Both the position numbers and the translations under genes were made by a program. A stretch of 64,000 bases of DNA from positions 672,001 to 736,000 of the forward strand of contig CAVSDR010000003.1 in assembly GCA_963726745.1 (NCBI GenBank). Reading direction: 5' to 3'. This DNA is from an uncultured Verrucomicrobiae bacterium (GTDB lineage: Bacteria; Verrucomicrobiota; Verrucomicrobiia; Chthoniobacterales; UBA10450). Every line of letters begins with the position of its first letter. Positions within the stretch are counted from its first letter, which is position 1. Below the pieces are notes generated by a model. It did no database searches. It was not told the DNA's origin and saw only the letters and a program-made list of their open reading frames with translations. Positions 42,771 through 54,562 of the stretch are shown here, piece by piece.

Positions 42771-43367
42771 ATGAGCGAGGGGATGGCGCGGCAAACAGAG
42801 GAAAACCAAGCCGCCCTGGTCGCTTTTCTCGAGGGTGAGGTCCCCGCCGGGGCGAACGCGCAGCTGAACGCCCTGCTGCCCGAGGTCTACGCCGATCTCC
42901 GCGAGATGGCCGCCTCCTACCTGCGCAATGAGCGGCCCAACCACACCCTCCAGCCGACCGCACTGGTGCACGAATCCTACCTTCGTCTCGTTAGCCAGCA
43001 CACCGTCGACTGGAACGACCGCTTGCAATTCCTCTCCATCGCCGCGCGCATGATGCGGCGCATCCTGTCGAATCACGCGATCGCGCGGCAGCGGGTCAAA
43101 CGCGACAGCGGCGAACCCTTGCTCGAGCTGGATGCGGCGCTGGAATTCCACGACCGCACCCAGCTGAGCCTGGTGAAACTCGAGGAAGCGCTCCGCGGCT
43201 TGGAAGCACTCGATGCTCGTCAGGCGCGCGTGGTCGAGCTGCGTTTCTTCGGCGGGCTCACGCTTGAGGAAACCGCCGAAGTCCTCGGCATTTCCGCGAT
43301 GACCGTGCGGCGCGATTGGGTGACCGCGCGGCAATGGCTCCAGCGCGAGATCAGCGACCAGGCATGA
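42771..43367 (+). CDS. ECF sigma factor 1 (TIGR02999/ECF43-like, kinase-associated)
   Basis: HTLQPTALVHESYLRL, AARMMRRIL, VVELRFFGGLTLEETAEVLGIS...TVRRDW; ATGA-coupled to a kinase. Confidence 0.92.
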   Translation: MSEGMARQTEENQAALVAFLEGEVPAGANAQLNALLPEVYADLREMAASYLRNERPNHTLQPTALVHESYLRLVSQHTVDWNDRLQFLSIAARMMRRILSNHAIARQRVKRDSGEPLLELDAALEFHDRTQLSLVKLEEALRGLEALDARQARVVELRFFGGLTLEETAEVLGISAMTVRRDWVTARQWLQREISDQA

Positions 43368-45848
43368 CCCCGGCCCGTTGGCAGCAGGTCAAAGAAACCC
43401 TCGCCGCCACCTTGGATTGCGAGACTGCGGAGGCGCGCGCGCGTTACCTCGACGGAGCCTGCGTCGACGACACCGCGCTCCGGCGTGAGGTCGAATCACT
43501 CGTTAGCCAGCAAGCCGAGGCGTTCGATTCCTGGGCTGATGGCGGCGGCTTCGTCGGCGCTGATCCGTCGCTGCGGCAAAACGAAGGGCGGCGCATCGGC
43601 GCCTACCGCCTGCTTCGCGAGCTCGGCCGCGGCGGGATGGGCGCGGTCTGGCTGGCCACGCGCGCGGACGCGGAATTTCGCAAGACGGTTGCGATCAAAC
43701 TGCTCAAGCGCGGGACCGATACCGATGAAGTCCTGCGCCGTTTCCGCGCGGAGCGCGAAATCCTCGCGCGCCTGGAGCACCCGTACATCGCGCGATTGCT
43801 CGACGGCGGCACGACCGACGATGGCTTGCCCTACCTCGTGATGGAATACGTCGACGGCATCCCGCTGACTGATTTCGGCGAGGCGCACAACCTCTCGTTA
43901 GGCCAGCGGCTCGAGCTCTTCCTCAAGATCTGCGGCGCGGTCCAGTTCGCCCATCAAAACCTGATCGTGCACCGCGACCTGAAGCCGGCCAACATCCTCG
44001 TGACCGCCGAGGGCGAGCCGAAGCTGCTCGACTTCGGGATCGCCAAGCTCCTCGACCCGGCGGAAGCCTGGGAGCAAACCCTCCCCGGGCGCGATCGTTA
44101 CACGCCGGCCTACGCCTCGCCCGAGCAAGTGAGCGGACAGCCGGTCACAACGGTGAGCGAGGTCTACTCGTTAGGCACGCTCCTCTACGAGCTGGCCACG
44201 GGGACCCGCGCGCACCGTTTCGCCACCGCCCACCCGATCACCGCCGAAGTGCAGCGGGTGGTGCGCGAGAGCGAGCCGATGCGGCCGAGCCTGGCGGCGC
44301 CGCCGGAGCGACGCGCAGCTTTGCGGGGCGATCTCGACACGATCATCCTGCGCGCGCTGGCGAAGGAGCCGGCGCGCCGTTACCCGAGCGCGGGAAATTT
44401 AGCCGACGATTTGCGGCGGCATTTGCAAGGCCGGGTCGTGCAAGCGCGGCCGGATACATTCCGCTATCGCGCCGGCAAATTTTTTGCCCGGAATAAGGTC
44501 GCGACCAGCGCCGCGGCTTTGCTTCTCCTCAGCTTGCTCGTCGGCTTCGTTGCCACCGCGCTTGCAGGCACGCATTGCCAACCGCGAACGCGTGCACGCG
44601 GAACGGCGCTTCGGGCAACTGCGCGCCGTCGCCAGCAGCTTTCTCTTCGAATTGGACGACGCGATCGCGCAACATCCGACGCAGGCGCGCAAGATTCTGG
44701 TCGAGAAAGCGCGCGACTATCTCGACAGCCTCCACCGCGACGCGGCGGGCGATCAACCGCTCGAAGCGGATCTGGCCGCGGCTTACCAAAAGCTCGGCGA
44801 TGTCGAATCGCAGCTGAACCAGGCGAACCTTGGCGACAGCGCCGGTGCGCTCGCGAGCTACCGGAAGTCGCTCGCCTTGCGCGAGACGCTGCTGACTCGC
44901 GCCCCGGCGGCTGAGCGGAGCCTGCGCCAACGGGAACTCGCGATGAGCTTCCGCCGCTTGGGCGACATTCTTGGCAAAACCGGCCACACCGCCGAAGCGC
45001 TCGCCAGCTACGAGAAAACTTTGCCGCTATTGCAGACCGCGGCTGCGCAGGGCGATGCGGAAGCGCGCCTGGCCCTGGCCTCGAACGAGGAAATCGTCGG
45101 CCGGATGTCGCTCATGACCGGCGAGACCGCGAGCGCCGAGGGGCATTACCAGCATGCCCTCGCGCTCACCGAGGGCCTTTTGCACACCAGCCCAGGGGAT
45201 CGCGCGGCGCAACTCGAGCGCGCCAAAGCACTCGTTAGTCTGGGCTATCTGCGCGGCCTGGCCGGAGCGCGAACTGAGGCCATCGCGCTTTACCGGGAAG
45301 GCCTCGCGCTGGTGCAAGCCTTGGCCGAGGCCGATCCGGCGGATCGCACCTTGCAACGACGCTTGATGGACAGCCGCGCCTGGCTTGGAATTGGGCTGAG
45401 CGAAGCGCAGGATTACGCGGCGGCGCGGGAACAATTTGCGCTCGCGCAAAAGCTTTGCGCCCTCGCGCTGGAGAGCGATCCGGCCAATGTGCAGACGCAC
45501 AACGACCTGGCCGATGTGCTGCATAACACGGCGGAAAGCTGGCTGCGCCAGGGCCAGGGAGCAGAGGCGCTCGGATATGCGCGCGAGGCCCACGCGCAAT
45601 ATGCGTTGGTCGCCGCAGCTGATCCGCTCAACGTGCATGCCGCCCGGCAGGTTGCGGTGGCCGAGGAAGATCTCGCGCGAGCACTCGCGCTGACCGGTTC
45701 GGCCGCTGAAAGCCTCGTGCAAATGCGGGCGGCGTTGGGCGATTTCGAGGCGCTTGCAGCGAAGGATTCCTCGAACGTTCAATTCCGCAAAGATGTGGAG
45801 CGTTGCCACGCCGAGCTAAGCAAAATCGCGCCGGAACCGCGTAGCTAG
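43364..45848 (+). CDS. Hanks-type Ser/Thr kinase 1 with TM and C-terminal TPR-like region; one apparent +1 error near 44562
   Basis: GRGGMGAV, VAIK, HRDLKPAN, DFG, YASPEQ; TM (SAAALLLLSLLVGFVATA); TPR-like helices continue in ORF 44484..45848. Confidence 0.9.
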
Positions 45849-45853
45849 AGGGC

Positions 45854-48800
45854 CTATTTCACCTTGTAGACTTCAACCAAGCCGATGCCAGTCCCGCCGT
45901 CCTTGCCGCGCACAATCGCTGTGTAATTTCCGGGAACGAGCGTGGCCACGATCGCCGGTTCCTTGTCGTTTGCTGGCTGCACGGTCGTGGCGATGATTTC
46001 GGTTTCCTGGGTCTCGCGCCAGTTGTCGTTCGTGAAGACGTTGCCGTTGGAATCGTGCAGCTCGAGCACCGGATCGGCCAGGACGCCGTTGAGCACGCCG
46101 GCTAAAGAAGGACCGGTCGCGCGCACCAGAATGCCGGCCGGTTCGCTCCCGGTGACGATGAAGCCGCCGATGAGCACGTTGTCGCCGGTGTCGACAAATC
46201 CGCGCGTGGAAATATTAGCCAGCCGGATGTCATGGCTCCCGTCGATGTCGTAGATCTCGGTCAACCCGATCCCGCTCCCGCCATCGGCGCCGCGCTCGAT
46301 CACGGTGTAATTTCCCGGCGCCAAATCGGCGATGAGGAGCGATTCGCGCGGATCGGTCGGCGCGAAGCCATCCGGGATGCGGTCCTGGTTCGGCGCGGTT
46401 TGCCAGTTGTCGTTCGTTAGGCTGGAGCCGTCCGGCTTGAAGAGCTGGAGCACCGGATCGTTCAAGACGCCGGCTAATCCCGCCGCCGCCAGGCTCGGGC
46501 CTTTGCCGCGGATCAAGCACCGCTTTGGTCGAACCCGCCGGGCCTTGGACAATGAAGCCACCGATCAAGACCTTGTCGCCCGTGAGCACTTTCATGCGCG
46601 TGGAGATGTTCGCCGGCTGGCCGATCGGCGGCTGCGGGGCGCCGGGTATAATCGAAGCGAGCAGGCCGTTTGCATTCGCAGCCAGTTGCACGTTGCCGCC
46701 ATTGGTGGCGAAGGCGCCGCTGGCGCTCGCGAAGCTGAGCGGACTGAAGGTGTCGGCCGCATCCGGCGCGTAGCCGTTGATCGTTTTGACGTGCAGGTTG
46801 CCGCCTAAAGTCGCCGCGCCATTCACTTGCAGCAGGTCGGACTGGCCGAGATCGCGGCCGCCATTTTCCACGATCAAGGTGCCGTTAGCGCCCTGCGCAA
46901 AGTCCCCTGTGACCGCAATCGTGCCTGCGGAATGGCCCGGCGAAATGTAGCCGCCATGGTTCGTTAGACTGCCGACGATCACGCCGGTGCCGCTGAGGGT
47001 GCCGCCATCGAGCGAAACCGAGCTGACGATTTGCAGCCCGCTCAAGTCCGTCTCGCCGCCGGTCTGGACGAAGCCAGCCGCGCCGGCGGGCGCTTCATTG
47101 CCAAACGGCGCGATGCTACCGCCATCATTCGTGATCAGGCTGGCGCCATCCTGTCCGATCAAGCTCGCTCCATCGTTGCTGATGATGCTGCCGCCATCCT
47201 GGCTGATCAGGCTGGCGCCGTCCTGGCTAATGAGGGTGCCGCCGTTGGGCGCGATGAGGCCGAGGCCGCCTTCGCTCAAGAGCGACCCGCCGTTTGGTCC
47301 GATGAGCTTTCCGGAATTCTCAAATTTCGTGGCCGCGACTCCGTGGGGCAACGGCCGCGGCGGCGGCGTGCCCGCGGGCGCGGGGGCCGGCTTAAGATTC
47401 GGCCGGTGGAAGATGAACTCGCCCACATTCTTGAAGAACGCGGCCACGCCGTCGAAGAAACCGTTCGGGTCGGCGCTTTGATCGGCGCCGGGTTTCGCCG
47501 CGGTGGTTTTCACTGGGACGATGCCGCCGCGGCCGGTCACGCGGATTTTGCCGGCATTATTGACCGTGCCGCTCATGGGCACGTCGTCGTCGCTCGTGAG
47601 CACCATCGCGCCGCCGGGATTGATCGCGAGATTGATGTTCTTCAACGCGCCGCTGGCGACCGAGAGAATGCCCGAGACGTTGAAGGCGCCGCCGGTGCCA
47701 TTGAGCGTGCCGCCGATGAGCGAGGTGGCAAAGGCGGTCACGCTCGTATTCACGTTCGCGCTTTTGCCGGCGATGATCGCGAGATCGAGTGCGCCGGGGA
47801 CGCCGTTTTGCCCGAGCTCATTCAGCCAGTTGGCCGGGTTCGACCAGTCGCCGGAATTTTGCATGGTGAAGATGCGGCCGCCCGGCGGTTTCACGCGGAT
47901 GTAGACCGGCGGCGCAAAACCGCGAATGCCGAGCTCGTCGATCGCGACCGCCTTGATCACGTGATCGCCGGGGACGCTGGTGGTGTAATCGCTGGTCACG
48001 CTGGTGGCGCCGTTTTCTGCGACCGCGATCTGCGCGCCATCGTAGTAGAGGCTGATCTTTTTGATCTGGCGCGTGAAGGTGATCGTGGGATCAAGGCGCG
48101 CGTTGAAGCGAATGGTGCCGAAGTTGTAGACCAACGGGGTCGCCGCGCTCGTCCCGTCATTCCCGCTGGCTGGTGTCGTTAGGGGAGTGAGCTCGACATC
48201 CGGGCGATTGCCCTGAACGAGATTCTTCACGCCGACGATGTTCGAGTAGCTGTCGACAAAGCCGACGGCCTTGGCGACCGCACGGAAGTAAACCTGTGCG
48301 CCGGCGGGATACTTGTCCGAGTCGAGGTAGAAATGGAGCCGGTCGGCGTAGCTGAACATTTGCCCGGCGCGGCCGTCGTCGAGACCGGTCCAGCTGGCGT
48401 CGTCATCGGGCGTGAGCGTGCTCTGGAGGTAGAGCGTGGTCCCGGCCTGATCGACCGCGATGCTGGAGCGGAATTTGATTTCCGCCGCGGGCCCGTTGGT
48501 CGCGAGGGTGAGCACGGTCGCGCCGAGATGGTTTTTCGAAGGAGCGAGGTTGAAGGGCCCGACGATGTTCGATTTGCTCTCGGGGTAACCGGACGCGGTC
48601 GAGAGCGCGCGGAAGTAGAGGCCGTTGGCCAGCGGGTAATTGGTCGAAGTGAGGACGAACTGGCCGGTCGTTTTATCCAGCGTCATGTAACCCCCGCTGC
48701 CGTTGGGGAGGTCGACCCAATCATTCGCGTCGTTATTCGCCACCGTGTTGATCTGCACGCGCACTTTGAGCGCATTCGGCGTCCCGCTCTGCTGCGCGCT

Positions 48801-51003
48801 AAAGTGCAGCGGCGTGTCGGCTAAATTAGCCGACGCATTCTGGCTGCCGTTGACCCGGAAGACGGTCGCGGAAAGCCCGCCATGGGGCGGCGCCGGCGGC
48901 GCGGGAGGAACGCCGCTGCCGATAACGCTTAAATTGCCGTCTTCGTTATTCGGGACAAAGAGCTCGCTCGTGACGGGGTTGAAGGCGAGGCCCATCGGAT
49001 AGCGCCCGACGTCGATTTGCTGCTGAAAGCTGTTGTTCGCGCCGTTGAAGACCGTGATCCGGCCGTTCGCGTCGTAGCCATTCGAATTATCGGCCACATA
49101 AACTTTGTTCGTCGCCGGATCGACCGCCACATCACTCACGGCATCGCCGTTGTTCGCGTGCGTGTTGGAAAAGGTGGTTTCCGTCTGGTCGGTCGCGCCA
49201 TCGATCACGGTCACGCTGTTGTCGACCGAGCCCGCGCCGGTGTTGGCCACGTAGATCTTGTTGGTCTGCGTATTGACCGCCATCGGCCCGGGAACCGCCC
49301 CGGCGCCGACCATGCCTAACGAGTTAAAACTGGCATCCAAAATCTGGACCATTCCGCCGCTCGGGCGGCCGGAGATGTAAATCTTGCCGGTCACGGGATT
49401 AACCGCCAACCCGATGAGACTGTTCATGATTGGGATGCTGGTGCTGACGGTGTTGTTCTCGGCGTTGATCACGTAGAGCCGGGGCTCGTTCGTGCCCGGA
49501 TCGACGCTCGTGAGGTAAACCCGGTGCCGGGTGTCATCGACCGCGAGCAAGAGCGAACCCACGAGGTAGCCGGTGCTGATCGGAATGGAAGTTACGAGCT
49601 GATTGTTTGCGCCATCGATTACATCGAGGTAGGCGATCTTGGTTCCGTCGTCGGCGCTCTGCTCAACGCGCGGGAGGTAGATGCGATTGAGCGCGGAACT
49701 GACTGCGACCAGACGCGCGAGCAGGAACTTCGCATTGTACGAGCCCGTGTTTGCACCGATGACCGGGACGCGCGCCAGGATGCTGTGATCGGCGCCGTTA
49801 ATCACAACCAGCTCGGCGGCCTGCTCGTCGATCACATAGACACGGTTCGTCTGCGTGTTGACCGCCGCTTTGTAGGGGCGGTAGCCCAGCACCACTTTGC
49901 TCAACGTGCCGTTGGCCACGTTGAGAATACCGACTGCGTTCCGAAGCTCGGCGAAGGTTTCGCCAAAATTGTAGTCGAGAATGAAGAGCCGCCCGGAATC
50001 GAAGCTAACCGCCCCCGCTCCATGGGCGAAGCCGGGCCGGTCGCTCAAGTCGGCGGCGTTCAAGGCGAGAATCCTGCCAGGATCGGTCCCGATGATCGGC
50101 GTCGCCAAGTAGAGCGTGTTTGTCGCCGGATCGATCGTCATGCCGCGGAAATCGGCGGGGTTGAGGCCGGCAGTGCGGGAGGCGACGATCCCTCCGCTGC
50201 TATCGAAAACATAAAGGCGGCTTACGCCGTTGCTCGTGTTTTCCGCCCCGAAGACATACGTGCGGCCGTCCGCGGGATCGTAAACGCCGGACGAGGCGTT
50301 GAACGCCGACGGCACGGTGAACGGAGTGGCCGTGTCGGAAGCACCATCGATGACCGCGCCGTTCCCGTTACGGGCGAAAAGAAGGAGCTTGTTGGCCGCC
50401 GGATTGGCAATGAGGACATGCGGTCCGAGGCCCGCACCGCTGTCGAAAGTGCCGAGGATGGCGTGAGTCGGCCCGTGGACCACAGTCACAACGCCGTATT
50501 GGTTCACGAAGTAAACTTTGTGCGTGACGCTGTTCACCGCGAAAGCCTGGTAGCCATAAGGCTGGCCCTGCACCGGCACATCGGCGTTTGCCACGACCGC
50601 ATCGTTTTGCAGCGTGCGGATGTAATACTGCAGACCTTTTTGACCGAGGAGGTAAACGCGATTCCCGTCCGCCCCGGTGCTTTCATCAGCGGCGATGCTG
50701 TAGGGACTGAAGCGATTTGTGACGTTTCCGACGACCTCACGCCCGAGATCGATATCGGCGACACGCGCACCCGTCGTCGTGTCGATCACCTTGACGGCGA
50801 GATTCTGGAAGCCGGACGCCGCCAAGCCCGCGACATAGAGGCGATGGGTGGCGTGATTCAGCGCCATAACCTGCGGGTTGTAAGCGTCCGGTCCGGGCAG
50901 GAGTTCGATCGTGTCGACAAGGGAAGTGCCCGCGGAGGCTTTGCCTACGGTTAACGCCAGCAGCGCAGACGAGGGCGAGAACGAGTGGTTTTGAGAAACT
51001 CAT
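45854..51003 (-). CDS. Giant secreted protein D (~1715 aa): YncE/YVTN-type propellers + shared core + octapeptide repeats + twin NISTR; apparent +1 errors near 46515 and 50960-51000
   Basis: AVNxxTNKIYVAN...VTVIDGAT repeats; same core as A-C. ORFs 50737..51003, 46230..50867 and 45854..46561 join; total length mod 3 = 2. Confidence 0.82.
47115..47306 (-). repeat. 24-bp/octapeptide tandem repeat, 8 units, in protein D
   Basis: LIGPNGGS LLSEGGLG LIAPNGGT LISQDGAS LISQDGGS IISNDGAS LIGQDGAS LITNDGGS. Confidence 0.9.
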
Positions 51004-51034
51004 AAATGGGGCGCAATGGTGCTTCTTTTCTTTC

Positions 51035-51072
51035 TCGCGGAGAATTCAGGTGAATCGGCTCACGAAATTTTC
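51035..51072 (-). promoter_or_regulatory. Candidate ECF promoter of protein D
   Basis: Minus strand GAAAATTTCG-TGAGC(51062-51058)-N19-GCGA(51038-51035), 32 nt before ATG 51003, in the divergent gap with ECF sigma 2. Confidence 0.68.
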
Positions 51073-51078
51073 TATAAT
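51050..51078 (+). promoter_or_regulatory. Possible sigma70 promoter for the ECF2-kinase operon
   Basis: Perfect TATAAT at 51073-51078 with a weak GTGAAT 17 nt upstream; 12 nt before ATG 51091. Confidence 0.35.
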
Positions 51079-51090
51079 TTTCGGCACGCC

Positions 51091-51696
51091 ATGAAGTTGC
51101 CCGAATCCGCGCCCGCACCCGGCGCCCCGGACTCCGCGGATTCGCTGCCGGAATTCCTCGCCAGCCTCGTGCCGGAGACGGCTTCACCGCGGGAGATGGA
51201 TGCCGCTTTGCCGGCGCTCTACGAGGAACTACGCGAGCTCGCCGCCGGCTATCTCCGGCGCGAACGGCCCGACCACACGCTCCAGCCGACCGCCCTGGTC
51301 CACGAGTCCTACCTACGCCTGCGCCAGCAGCACACGGTCGATTGGGGCAATCGCCTGCAATTCCTCTCCATCGCCGCGCGGATGATGCGGCGGATTCTCT
51401 CCGACTACGCCACCGCGCGCGCGGCGGAAAAACGCGGGGGCGACGCGACCCGGCTGCAATTAGACAGCGCCTTGGAATTTTGCGATGAACGCGCGGTCGA
51501 TCTCGCCGCGGTCGACCAGGCGCTGCGCGATCTCGAGTTGCTGGATAAACGCCAGGCGCAGGTGGTGGAGCTGCGCTTCTTTGGCGGGCTCACCATCCCC
51601 GAGACCGCGGAGTTGATGGCGCTCAGCGAAGCGACCGTGAAGCGCGAGTGGGTCACCGCGCGCCGCTGGCTCCAGCGCGAGATCGGCGGCCACTAA
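51091..51696 (+). CDS. ECF sigma factor 2 (TIGR02999/ECF43-like)
   Basis: HTLQPTALVHESYLRL, AARMMRRIL, VVELRFFGGLTIPETAELM...TVKREW; close paralogue of sigma 1. Confidence 0.92.
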   Translation: MKLPESAPAPGAPDSADSLPEFLASLVPETASPREMDAALPALYEELRELAAGYLRRERPDHTLQPTALVHESYLRLRQQHTVDWGNRLQFLSIAARMMRRILSDYATARAAEKRGGDATRLQLDSALEFCDERAVDLAAVDQALRDLELLDKRQAQVVELRFFGGLTIPETAELMALSEATVKREWVTARRWLQREIGGH

Positions 51697-51699
51697 GCC

Positions 51700-54109
<2,410 letters not shown>

Positions 54110-54124
54110 CCGGCACTTTCGCGC

Positions 54125-54562
54125 TCAGCGACGCGCCTGGCCTAACAAGTCCTGCGCGAGAGACGATCCGGGATTTTCCGCGGCGAAAGCGGCGAACTCC
54201 CGCTCGGCTTCCTCGCGCGACCCGGCCCGCGCGGCCACGACTGCACGCACGAGATGCGAATCGCCCGCGAGCCGCTGCCACTCCGCGAGTTCCGCCGGCG
54301 GCTCACCGAACCGCACCTGGCCGGTGCGGAGGGTTTCGCGGAGAGCGTCGCGCAACGGCGGTGGCAATTTCGCAAAAGCCGGGGTGCGGTTGCCCGGCTC
54401 GAGAATGATCTCCCGCGGGCCATCGCGCAGGGCCGTGAACGGCGCCGAGATTTGCCGGATGGTGATGACCCACCAAAGCCCGCCGACAGCCAGCGAGATC
54501 CCGATCGCCAGGGGCAAAGCCCAGCCAAAGAATCGCGCCGACTCGTCGCGCGGCGTGCTCAC
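54125..54562 (-). CDS. Small single-TM hypothetical protein with C-terminal TPR-like helices
   Basis: GTG start overlaps the glgA stop; TM FFGWALPLAIGISLAVGGLWWVI. Confidence 0.6.
   Translation of the reverse strand: MSTPRDESARFFGWALPLAIGISLAVGGLWWVITIRQISAPFTALRDGPREIILEPGNRTPAFAKLPPPLRDALRETLRTGQVRFGEPPAELAEWQRLAGDSHLVRAVVAARAGSREEAEREFAAFAAENPGSSLAQDLLGQARR

Noticed and set aside
34100..46620. Near-identical 3' repeats as DGR template/variable regions
   Set aside because: No reverse transcriptase in the window; all copies are coding, and the differences look mostly synonymous rather than adenine-specific.
30976..47306. 24-bp repeats as CRISPR arrays
   Set aside because: No spacers; the repeats are in-frame, codon-degenerate and inside genes; no cas genes.
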